Shown piece after piece: positions 38,124-46,849 of a stretch of 64,000 nt of DNA. The notes beneath the pieces are model-generated. The model saw only the letters and a list, made by a program, of their open reading frames with translations. It did not search any database and was not told the origin of the DNA. This DNA comes from an uncultured Actinomycetota bacterium. GTDB taxonomy: Bacteria > Actinomycetota > Thermoleophilia > RBG-16-64-13. Where the stretch lies: NCBI GenBank assembly GCA_963796315.1, contig CAWCLH010000020.1:289879-353878 (forward strand). The letters are read 5' to 3'. The first letter of the stretch is position 1. Every line of letters starts with the position of its first letter. The position numbers and the translations under genes were made by a program.

Positions 38124-38924
38124 CTACACCGCGCCTGCCAGCGCCTGCCTCATCTCCTCAACCGACCGGTACCGGGCGGCGGGGTCCTTCTGCAGTGCCC
38201 GCACGACGATCTTGTCGATCCACCCGGGCACGCCGGCCCGGCGCCGGCTCGGCGGGGCGGGCGGCATGTTCACCTGCTTCTGGGCCACCTCGGGGGCCGA
38301 GGTGCCGTCGAACGGGACCGCTCCGGTCACCAGCTCGTACAGGATCACTCCCAGCGCGTAGACGTCGGACTGAGGGATCACCAGGTCGCTCTGGATCTGC
38401 TCCGGGCTGAGGTAGTATGCCGTCGCCGCTGCTCGGCTTTCCCCCTCGGGCAAGATGTCGGCGATCGCCATGCCCCACCCCACCACCTTCACTTCGTCGG
38501 ACTCGGCCGAGACCAGCAGGTTGGAGGTCTTCAGGTTGCCGTGAGAGACGCCCTGGGACTCGATGGCGGCCACCGCCGCGGCGGCCTGCGCGACGTAACG
38601 GACCGCGAGCGACGGCTCCAGCGGCCCTCCCGCCTGGATCATGCTCTCGAGGTCGATGCCCGGGACGTAGTCGCGCACCACGTAGAAGTCGTCCCCGTCG
38701 CGCCCCCACGCGCTCGGGATGATCAAGCCCGGGTGCCCGGCCGCGGTCTTGAGTCGCGCGGACATGCCCGCGGCAAGCTCCGGCGACACGTCCCGCAGCA
38801 CCCTCAGCACCACCACCTTCCCGCCGGGCCCGGTCGCTTGGTATGTCTCCGCCGACCCGGCCACGTCCAGCCGCCGTCCCAGCCGGTAGCCACCGACCAG
38901 CACCGGCTCCGTCACTCCACTCAT
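38124..38924 (-). CDS. Stand-alone Ser/Thr-kinase-fold protein lacking catalytic residues (predicted pseudokinase)
   Basis: ORF 38124..38954; probable ATG 38924 after GAGGAGGATGGGG. Hanks-type fold (YRLGRRLD..., YLSPEQ, SDVYALGVILYELVTG, RY.S..E). VAIK is replaced by VVLR, HRDLKPSN by HGNLKTSN, and DFG by GWG. Confidence 0.75.
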   Translation of the reverse strand: MSGVTEPVLVGGYRLGRRLDVAGSAETYQATGPGGKVVVLRVLRDVSPELAAGMSARLKTAAGHPGLIIPSAWGRDGDDFYVVRDYVPGIDLESMIQAGGPLEPSLAVRYVAQAAAAVAAIESQGVSHGNLKTSNLLVSAESDEVKVVGWGMAIADILPEGESRAAATAYYLSPEQIQSDLVIPQSDVYALGVILYELVTGAVPFDGTSAPEVAQKQVNMPPAPPSRRRAGVPGWIDKIVVRALQKDPAARYRSVEEMRQALAGAV

Positions 38925-39097
38925 CCGGACCCCATCCTCCTCGTTGACCTGCACGGCGTCGCAAGAGACGCCGACTCTGTCGCACTTCGCAGTGTAATGG
39001 AAAGATGTTGGGGATGTCAGGCAGCACGGCCTGCAGTATGCGTCAAGCGGGCGTCCTCGGCTTACGTCCCGGCCACGCTCATCCCGCTGGCAGAGGT

Positions 39098-39120
39098 GGC
39101 AGAAGTGCGAACTCCGACCG
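39098..39120 (+). repeat. 23-nt direct repeat, copy A (GGCAGAAGTGCGAACTCCGACCG)
   Basis: Shares 20/23 with copy B and 19/23 with copy C, same orientation; lies in a 387-nt non-coding gap. Confidence 0.8.
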
Positions 39121-39311
39121 CTCCGTAGTCCGTCATCACTGAAGGCAATGGCCCAGCAAAACGTGCTGTTTCTGGCTGGCTCGGTCGCGGTCTTCTTCCG
39201 AGGGACACACCCGCCGACCCAGATGGGGTCCGCATACGCCGGTCTCGACCTTCGACGGCGGGCCCGGGGAATGCGGCGGCCTGGAACGGCCGGTGCCGGC
39301 GGGTCTCCGAA

Positions 39312-39575
39312 CTAACAGGAAGATGGGGAATTCGACGCCTCAGCCGGTTTGATCCTGCGCCGCTGCAGCCACCAAAGTGTCACCACACACGCGACCGAGA
39401 ACGCAAGCGGAACCACAGCCATGAGAACGAAGCGAGCAGACACGGCCAACGAGAAGACGATCGCAGAGAAGACATAGATCAAGGCGAACACGAATACGCA
39501 TGCGGAGAGCGCTGAGAGGACCGCAAGGATCCACGAGGTGAGTCGCACGAGACCTATCCACCGGTGCCTGTCCAC
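39312..39575 (-). CDS. Hypothetical small membrane protein (about 87 aa, 2-3 TM)
   Basis: Within ORF 39312..39737; GTG 39575. WIGLVRLTSWILAVLSALSACVFVFALIYVFSAIVFSLAV...MAVVPLAFSVACVVTLWW. Confidence 0.4.
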   Translation of the reverse strand: MDRHRWIGLVRLTSWILAVLSALSACVFVFALIYVFSAIVFSLAVSARFVLMAVVPLAFSVACVVTLWWLQRRRIKPAEASNSPSSC

Positions 39576-39675
39576 GCTGAGGCTTCTACCCGCTCGCTGC
39601 CGGCTCGAAGTCCCGGCTCCTATGACTGCGCATTTCTGCCTACGACCCAGCTGCCGCGCGGCAGAGCGCTCTATT

Positions 39676-40203
39676 CTAGGGACCAGTGCCGACGGACAGG
39701 ACCTTCCAAGGCGAATCCGAGCGCTGGCGCCCAACATAGACGAAGAAGTGTCGCTCGCCGGGCGGCTCTCCGATGTTGTTCGTCTTGAGCGAGGTGTACG
39801 TCACCTCGAACTGCAGCTGCTCCGGCCATTCGGTGCGGTCGTACGACTGGAGCCCCGGACTCTTCGTCCCGCCGCTGATGACGAGGTCGTCGATGCCTCC
39901 CTCTCGCTCTCGGTTGAGGACGGTATGGGGCGCTCGCAACCGCTGCTGCTCGGGAGGGGCGCTCAAGTAGTACTCCACATCAAGGCTTCCTGAGGCGAAG
40001 TACTCGCGGACCACCTCTCTCGCAGGTAGGCTATCGAGTCGCTGTGCCTCCGCCCTGGGAAGACTGGTCACGGTGGAGGTGGAGACGGGACGCGCAGAGG
40101 CAGCCGTTGTGGAGACAGCGGAGTCCCCGGACCCGCATCCACCAAGGAAGAGTAAGGCGAGACCTGCGCAGAGAGCCAGCAAGAGAGCCGACCGCCAGCG
40201 CAT
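39676..40203 (-). CDS. Hypothetical lipoprotein
   Basis: ATG 40203 after GAGGAAG. Signal peptide with lipobox MRWRSALLLALCAGLALLFLGGC. No recognisable domain. Confidence 0.65.
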   Translation of the reverse strand: MRWRSALLLALCAGLALLFLGGCGSGDSAVSTTAASARPVSTSTVTSLPRAEAQRLDSLPAREVVREYFASGSLDVEYYLSAPPEQQRLRAPHTVLNREREGGIDDLVISGGTKSPGLQSYDRTEWPEQLQFEVTYTSLKTNNIGEPPGERHFFVYVGRQRSDSPWKVLSVGTGP

Positions 40204-40419
40204 CCCAGCTTCCTCGCTCCCGTGTATCAAGTCGACCGACTGGGGCCGGTCAGGTCGTTCGGTCATCAGTCGGTCTCCCTCCCCTTCAAGAACGCGGTCC
40301 CAGCACTCTATCGGGAACGGACCTCGAACGGTCAAGGAGGCTGTCAGGCCGGTCGGTCTCCGAGATCAGGGTCGAGCGTCAGGGGGAGGACCCAACGGGC
40401 CCAAGAATCGGCCGGCAAG

Positions 40420-40442
40420 GGCAGAAGTGCAAACTCCGTCCC
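40420..40442 (+). repeat. 23-nt direct repeat, copy B (GGCAGAAGTGCAAACTCCGTCCC)
   Basis: See copies A and C. Lies in the 463-nt gap between the divergent lipoprotein and ECF sigma genes. Confidence 0.8.
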
Positions 40443-40666
40443 GTCGCCGTCTCTGTTGTCATCGGTGGTAATACGGCTGCAAATACTGGTTGTTTGCCCC
40501 GGCCAAACGGATTCTTCTGAGACTCACCAAGCGTGTCTGGTGGTGCGCTCGGTCTCTTCTCACTGTGCGTCTCGCTGTTGGAGAGAGAGTCTCGCAGTCC
40601 GCACAAGCTGGCCGCCCACTCGAGCGTGTGTAGAGTAGGGAACGCAGACGGCGGTGAGGCGAACGG

Positions 40667-41203
40667 ATGACGATGTTGGTCGATTGGCACGCGCAAGCGG
40701 AGAGGGAGGACGTCGCCTCCCGTGCCGCTGCGCCGCGGTACGCATCCCCCGAGTCCCTCTTCCGCTCGGAGTATGCGTCGCTGGTCAAGGCACTGTCCCT
40801 GGGCGCGGGTCTAGAAGCGGCTGAGGATGCTGTTCAGGACGCCTTCGTCCGGCTCTACGTGGAGTGGGGCAGGATCGGCGCCTATGAGAATCCGGCGGCT
40901 TGGGTCCGCCGGGTGGCGATCCACCGACTGATCGACCGACGCCGGCGGCTTGGGTACCGAGCCCGGGCCCTACTCCGTCTCGGCCCTCCCGTTGTGTCCG
41001 TCGATCCGCCCCGGCCTGATCATCTCGACCTCTCCGCGGCCGTTCGTCTGCTCCCTCCCCGTCAGCGCGTGGCCGTGGCCCTCTTCTACGTCGCCGACCT
41101 GCCCGTCAGGGACGTCGCCGAGGCGATGGGCATCTCCGAAGGCGCGGTCAACCGGTATCTGCACGACGGGCGAGAGGCTCTGCGTCGGTTCCTGGAGGTG
41201 TGA
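40667..41203 (+). CDS. ECF-type RNA polymerase sigma factor
   Basis: 178-aa ORF. Region 2 (AEDAVQDAFVRLYVEW, NPAAWVRRVAIHRLIDRRR) and region 4 (LPPRQRVAVALFYVADLPVRDVAEAMGISEGAVNRYLHDGR). Confidence 0.85.
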   Translation: MTMLVDWHAQAEREDVASRAAAPRYASPESLFRSEYASLVKALSLGAGLEAAEDAVQDAFVRLYVEWGRIGAYENPAAWVRRVAIHRLIDRRRRLGYRARALLRLGPPVVSVDPPRPDHLDLSAAVRLLPPRQRVAVALFYVADLPVRDVAEAMGISEGAVNRYLHDGREALRRFLEV

Positions 41204-41204
41204 C

Positions 41205-42554
41205 ATGACCGACGACCAACAACTACGAGACGAACTGCAGCGCGCCGTCCCCAGAGTGGTGAATACCCCGGCCTGGTCAGAGATCGAGACCAGGGGCCGC
41301 CGAGCGCGCCGGCGGCGTCGCTCCGTTCTTGCCTTAGCGACGACTGTGGTGCTTCTTGCGGTCGGTGCGGGCGGCTACGCACTGTGGGACGCGCTTCGCC
41401 CGGCGACGACACTGCTCATCACCGATGAGATGCCAGCGGAAACAGCGGCCCGCCCAGCGAACGGGCCGCGGGCTGTCTACCTTGCTCCAAGCACGGGGGC
41501 TCAGCTGACGCCGGACGACCTCCGAGCCCACCCCGAAGTGATTGTCGTCCACGACCAGGCCGGCCTGGAAGCCGCGGCCCAGGGCCGGACCGCGATCTGG
41601 ATCGACAAGGCCTCGGTGGACCGGGCGGTCGACAAAGCTTCGGCGGGCACGGTGGACATGGACTGGCTCCGCACGCAGTACTTCGAGCGGCATGACCCGA
41701 TCGTCCTCGTCGGCTACGGGAACTCCCTCTACGCCTTTCGAGAGGTCCTGGAGATCTCCGGGATCAGGGGGCCGTACGTGGACTGGAAGGCTCATCCGCC
41801 TGCCCTCGGTTTCAGCACGGTGATGCTCCTTGAGGCCACCGACCAGGGAAGGAAGGCCTTCATGCAGTCCAGCGCGGGGCAGCCGACTGCCGGAGCCATC
41901 CTTGAGGTGACGGACCGCCTGCTGCGGGTACCCTCCGAGGGACCGGCCGCAAGCGCCACCGCCACGACAGCCGGGGGGACCCTCGATCCCGAGCGGTCGC
42001 AGTTGCTCAGCGACATCCAAGCGCTGATGTCACGGCTCGATCGCGGGGAACTCGTCATCGACTGGCCGCTAGCCGACGCCGCCGAGGGCGCGTACGGTCT
42101 CTTCAGCTCCTACCAGAGTGCATCACAAGCCCTCTATGCGCTTGGGCAGCAGGTCCTGCGGGGTGACGCCCACCTCGTCATCTACCTCAAGGACGGCGTG
42201 GACCAGGAGGCTGCCCGACAACTGGCGGAAGAGATCCGTTCCGCCTCGGGGGTCGTCTGGGTCAAGTACGTAAGCAAGGACGAGGCTCTCGCCCGCCTCA
42301 AGGAGGATCTGAAGGAGGACCATCCGGAGCTGTTAGCTCCCCTGGCCGCGAATCCGCTACCTGCGAGCATCGAGGCGTTCGTCCCGGACCTCACCGACCG
42401 GAAGCGCCTCGCCGAGTCGATGAGCGCGCGGGCGGAGGTGGACGAAGTGCGCTACCCAGAGGCCGGGTCCATCCAGACATTGCGAGAGGCCTTCCAGCAA
42501 CTGCAAGAGCGCGCCCGCCCTGCAGGCTCGACCAGTTCGACCTCGGCGCCATGA
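41205..42554 (+). CDS. Putative anti-sigma factor: short cytoplasmic N-terminus, one TM, large ectodomain ending in an FtsX-extracellular-domain-like module
   Basis: ATG 41205 lies 2 nt after the sigma gene stop, in the frame of ORF 40950..42554. TM SVLALATTVVLLAVGAGGYALW. The C-terminus VIYLKDGVDQEAARQLAEEIRSASGVVWVKYVSKDEALARLKEDLKEDHPELLAPLAANPLPASIEAFV...AEVDEVRY matches the FtsX ECD pattern. Confidence 0.7.
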   Translation: MTDDQQLRDELQRAVPRVVNTPAWSEIETRGRRARRRRRSVLALATTVVLLAVGAGGYALWDALRPATTLLITDEMPAETAARPANGPRAVYLAPSTGAQLTPDDLRAHPEVIVVHDQAGLEAAAQGRTAIWIDKASVDRAVDKASAGTVDMDWLRTQYFERHDPIVLVGYGNSLYAFREVLEISGIRGPYVDWKAHPPALGFSTVMLLEATDQGRKAFMQSSAGQPTAGAILEVTDRLLRVPSEGPAASATATTAGGTLDPERSQLLSDIQALMSRLDRGELVIDWPLADAAEGAYGLFSSYQSASQALYALGQQVLRGDAHLVIYLKDGVDQEAARQLAEEIRSASGVVWVKYVSKDEALARLKEDLKEDHPELLAPLAANPLPASIEAFVPDLTDRKRLAESMSARAEVDEVRYPEAGSIQTLREAFQQLQERARPAGSTSSTSAP

Positions 42555-42600
42555 CATAGGAGTGGGAGAGGGGGGGTCGCGCTCACGTCAGTTGCCCGAG

Positions 42601-42960
42601 TTAGGCTCGCTGCCGGGGACTGAATGGAGAGAAGTCGCTCGTGGGCAGAAGTGCAATCTCCGACTCGTCGGACGTGCGGAGGGGAAGCGTGCCGTTGGTG
42701 TAGACGACGACGGTCAGGTAGCCGAGACCGTGCGCGCGGTCCACGATGTCGTCGAGCGGTGCGACGTAGCCGATACCAGCCCGCGGATGAGGGCGGGGTC
42801 TTGCCGAGAAGGCGGTGACGAAAAGTACTTTAGACCGAACGCCGAGGCTGAGAGCACGCCCCGGCCTGGCGGGGGAGAGGCGGAGGATCATCGTTCCCGT
42901 GTGACACCGAACCCCCGGTCGAGGACTCGATCGGGACCATTCTGAGACCAACGTAGTCAC
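42601..42960 (-). pseudogene. Truncated gene remnant (possibly radical-SAM-like core fragment) ending in repeat copy C
   Basis: ORF 42601..42960. KVLFVTAFSA..., LDDIVDRAHGLGYLTVVVYTNGTLP is reminiscent of the radical-SAM GGEPLL ... TNGTLL region. There is no CxxxCxxC, and the N-terminus is overlapped by the upstream gene end. Confidence 0.3.
42644..42666 (+). repeat. 23-nt direct repeat, copy C (GGCAGAAGTGCAATCTCCGACTC)
   Basis: See copies A and B. Lies inside the 3' end of the minus-strand remnant ORF. Confidence 0.8.
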
Positions 42961-44546
42961 GAATCGCCCTCACCGCAACTCGAGTGGGACCGCCGGATGG
43001 ATGGCAACGCGCCCCGCCTGACGAGGTCCTGGCCCACCACCGCGACGGACACCACGGCGAGAGGGACCAACGGCACCGAGTAGCGCGGGATGAAGTGCGT
43101 GGCCAGCGCGTGGAACCAGAAGAACCCGACGCCCAACAGCGAGAAAGCCAGCCAGTCGGCTCGTCTGCGCCGGACGGCGAGGAGGGGGAGGGCGAGGAAG
43201 GTGACGAAGGCCAGGAAGTCGGCCGCCACGAGGAAGAGGTAGCGGGCACCGGATCGATCCAGGAATGGGAACGGCCACAGGCCTCTCCAGGCGAAGGGGA
43301 GCGTCGTGGCGAGATGCCGACCGGGGGCGGCCGCGATCAGGTCCTCCGCCTGCTTCTGCAATACCCGATCGGCCTCGCTCTTCGGGCGCCCGGCGGCGAT
43401 CATCTGTTCGCCCAGCCGATTGGAGGTGGCCAAAGCTTTGCCGAAGAAGCTGATGGCCCGCTCCACCTCGCCCGCCGCCACCGCTTGGGGCTCCCCTGGA
43501 GGGAAGCGCATCAGGCGCTCGTAGCGGCCGCCCTTCTCGAGGTCCTCCGGGCGAAAGCCGAGCACCGGCTCGAACAGGTGCGCCCGCAGAGGCACGGGAG
43601 CATAGACATAGAAAGCGCCCACGTACTCCTCCGCGGTCATCCGATCCTTGAGGGCGCGGGTGTAGAGGACCAGGCCCCCCCGCTGGGCGATGGCGAAGTC
43701 GCCGAAGCGGACGTAGTTGCGCGTCATCCAGGGGGTGACGGTGACGGCGAAAGCGACGGTGGCGACGGCCAGCAGCACCAGGGCCCGCCGGCGCGAGGCG
43801 AGCCCGAAGAGCACCAGGCTCGCCGCCAGGGCGAGGATCGCCACCGGGGCCACATAGAGCGCGGCCGCCTTGGTGAGAGCGACGGCGCCCAGCAGGACGC
43901 CGGCGAGCGCGGCGGACGGTAGCCGCCGGGTCTGCGCCAGCCGGACCATCGCCCCGCTCGCCAGCACGAGAGCGAGGCCGGCCGCCGTCTCGGTCAGCAG
44001 GTTCCCGGCGCTGGGCGTGAAGAACGCCCATGTGCCCACAACCGAGAGGGCGCCCACCAGGTGCGAGCGCGTGAGCAGCCAGGAGAGCCACCAGACCGCC
44101 AACAGGAGCCCGGCGACGTAGTAGAGGTTGATCGGGATGATCTGCCCGAGGTAGTGGGGGTCGGTCGAGAGCTCCTCCGTGGTGGCGGACGCGGGGATGT
44201 CGGTGAACCACGCCATGTAGGCGGCGGTGACCGCGATCGCCAGCGGTTCCCGCAGGTAGGACGGCGTGCGTCCGTCCTCGGAGAAGCGGCCGTCGGTCCA
44301 GAGGTGGAAGCTGAGGGCGGCGTTCTCTCGCCCGTCGGGGGAGAGCGGCTTGTCCTCCACCATGGTCGCCGTGACCCCAGTGAGCGCAACGATCAAGACC
44401 AGGACGCCGAGAAGCGGCAGCCGACGCCGCGATCCCTGCAGGCATCGGCGAAACCGGTCCTCCAGCGCTTCGCGCCGGGTGAGCGGCACTTCCATCGATG
44501 TTCGCCCCGAAAGAGCCATATCCGCGTCGTCCCCGAATGCCTGCAC
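42957..44546 (-). CDS. Polytopic membrane glycosyltransferase, GT39/ArnT (PMT_2)-like
   Basis: Intact 529-aa ORF with about 10 hydrophobic segments and an extended loop. The overall architecture resembles dolichyl/undecaprenyl-phosphate-sugar-dependent transferases. The family call rests on pattern recognition only. Confidence 0.5.
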   Translation of the reverse strand: MQAFGDDADMALSGRTSMEVPLTRREALEDRFRRCLQGSRRRLPLLGVLVLIVALTGVTATMVEDKPLSPDGRENAALSFHLWTDGRFSEDGRTPSYLREPLAIAVTAAYMAWFTDIPASATTEELSTDPHYLGQIIPINLYYVAGLLLAVWWLSWLLTRSHLVGALSVVGTWAFFTPSAGNLLTETAAGLALVLASGAMVRLAQTRRLPSAALAGVLLGAVALTKAAALYVAPVAILALAASLVLFGLASRRRALVLLAVATVAFAVTVTPWMTRNYVRFGDFAIAQRGGLVLYTRALKDRMTAEEYVGAFYVYAPVPLRAHLFEPVLGFRPEDLEKGGRYERLMRFPPGEPQAVAAGEVERAISFFGKALATSNRLGEQMIAAGRPKSEADRVLQKQAEDLIAAAPGRHLATTLPFAWRGLWPFPFLDRSGARYLFLVAADFLAFVTFLALPLLAVRRRRADWLAFSLLGVGFFWFHALATHFIPRYSVPLVPLAVVSVAVVGQDLVRRGALPSIRRSHSSCGEGDS

Positions 44547-44687
44547 CTTCGCCTGTGTCCTGGGACACTAAGCCCGACTGCGGTGACGGTCAAGGTTGCG
44601 GAGGGCGTACCGGACGGTCGTCCCGGAGGCGTCCGACCCGGTTGCTATACTCCGAAGCCTTGATCCAAGCGACTTCCGAGAGGCTCC

Positions 44688-46624
44688 ATGAACGTCTTTC
44701 TGCCCGATGGCTCCCCGTTGACCGTCCCGGAGGACGCGACCGTCAGGACCGTGGCCCAGACCATCGGGCCCGGGCTGGCCAAGGCCGCGATCGCCGGGAA
44801 GGTGGGTGACCGGGTGGTCGACCTGACGGCCCCGGTGCACGAAGGCGACCGGGTCGCCATCGTGACGCTGGCTACCCCGGAAGGCATCGATATCCTGCGG
44901 CACTCGTCGGCCCACGTCCTCGCGGAGGCGGCCACGCGGGCCTACCCGGGGACCAAGGTGGCCATCGGTCCGGCGATCAAGGACGGCTTCTACTACGACT
45001 TCGAGTTCCCCCAGCCCATCACCGAGGAGGACCTGGCCCGCATCGAGCAGGAGGCCAACCGGGCGATCAAGGCGCGGGAGCCGTTCGAGCGGCGCGAGGT
45101 CACCAGGGAGGAGGCGCTCGCGCTGTTCGCCGACGAGCCCTACAAGACGGAGATCATCGACGAGCTGCCCGAGGGCTCCATCATCAGCCTCTACCGCCAG
45201 GGCGACTTCCTCGACCTGTGCCGGGGCCCGCACCTGCCGGACACCGGGCGCATCCCGGCCTTCAAGGTGCTCTCCACCGCCGGCGCCTACTGGCGGGGCG
45301 ACGCCCAGCGGCCCATGCTCACCCGCATCTACGGCACCGCCTTCCCTTCGAAGAAGGACCTGGAGGACCATCTGGCCCGGCTGGAGATGGCCAAGCCAGC
45401 GCGACCACCGGAAGCTGGGCCGGGAGCTGGACCTCTTCAGCTTCCACGACGAGGGCCCGGGGTTCGTCTTCTTTCACGCCCGGGGCATGCGGGTGATCAA
45501 CGCCCTGCTGGACTACTGGCGGCGAGGAGCACCGCCGGGCGGGCTACGAGGAGATCAAGACGCCCATCATCCTCGATCGGGCGCTGTGGGAGCGCTCCGG
45601 CCATTGGGACAACTACAAAGACAACATGTACTTCACCCAGATCGACGACATGGACTTCGCGGTGAAGCCCATGAACTGCCCGGGCGGCATCCTGGTCTAC
45701 AAGTCCGAGCAGCACTCCTACCGGGACCTCCCCCTGCGCATGGCGGAGCTGGGCCTGGTCCACCGGCACGAGCTGAGCGGGGTGCTGCACGGCCTGATGC
45801 GGGTGCGCTCCTTCACCCAGGACGACGCCCACCTCTACTGCCTGCCCGGGCAGGTGGAGGACGAGGTGCTGGCCGTCATCGCCCTCACCCTGCGCATGTA
45901 CCGCACCTTCGGGTTCGAGAACGTCCACTTGGAGCTGTCCACCCGCCCCGAGAAATCCATCGGCACCGACGAGATGTGGGCCACCGCCGAAGGGGCCCTC
46001 ACCTCCGCTTTGGAGCGCAGCGGGCTGGAGTACACCCTCAACCCGGGCGACGGCGCCTTCTACGGCCCCAAGATCGACTTTCACATCGAGGACGTCATGG
46101 GCCGCACGTGGCAGTGCGCCACCTGCCAACTGGACTTCGCCATGCCCGAGCGCTTCGACATGGAGTACGTGGGCGAGGACAACCAGCGTCACCGCCCCGT
46201 CATGATCCACCGCACCGTGCTGGGGAGCATCGAGCGGTTCTTGGGCATCCTCATCGAGCACTACGGCGGCGCCTTCCCGACCTGGCTGGCCCCGGTGCAG
46301 GCGGTCGTCATCCCCGTGGCCGATCGGCACAACGAGTATGCCTGGGAGGCGCGAGAGGAGCTCTTCCGCGCCGGGCTGCGGGTCGAGGTCGACGCGCGGA
46401 CCGAATCCGTGGGGCGCAAGATCCGGGACAACGAGATGCTGAAGGTGCCGTTCATGCTGATCGTGGGCGACCGCGAGGTGGACGCCGGCAACGGTGTCGG
46501 TCCGCTCCCGCGCCGACGGCGACCTGGGCGGCTCGGAGCCGGCAGGAGGCGGTCACGCTCCTGCTCGAGGCGGCCGAGGTGCCCGGCGGCGACGTGGACC
46601 GCCGAGTCGACGCTGGACGGTTGA
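44688..46624 (+). CDS. thrS: Threonine--tRNA ligase; at least four apparent frameshifts (about 45396, 45522, 46490, 46535); 3' end uncertain
   Basis: TGS domain and editing domain ([10 protein letters not shown]) in ORF 44688... [13 protein letters not shown] is reached after the first shift. The class II core is in ORF 45626.. ([52 protein letters not shown]). The anticodon-binding domain follows (VVIPV...[12 protein letters not shown]). Confidence 0.9.
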
Positions 46625-46849
46625 GCCACCGGGGCCGCGTGCGGCTATACTCCTCCCGCATAAAGCGGGAGCCACCGGCCTCCCCACCCTGCGCCGAGGT
46701 TTGGCGCCGGGTCCACCATATGGACGCGAGCGGTGCGGTCGCCTGCGGGCGGCCCGCCTGCGTATTGGTAGAGCGGTGGCCGCAGGCTACCGCTTTTCTT
46801 GTGCATCAGCAGCAACCCGGGCGACACCCGGGGGGAGGTGACCGCGGAC

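Noticed and set aside
39098-42666. The 23-nt repeat as a sigma-54 (-24/-12) promoter or an ECF promoter.
   Set aside because: GGCA-N5-GCA has a GG-to-GC spacing of 9 nt, not the 12 nt required for sigma-54. No consistent GGAAC-N16/17-CGT arrangement is shared by the three copies.
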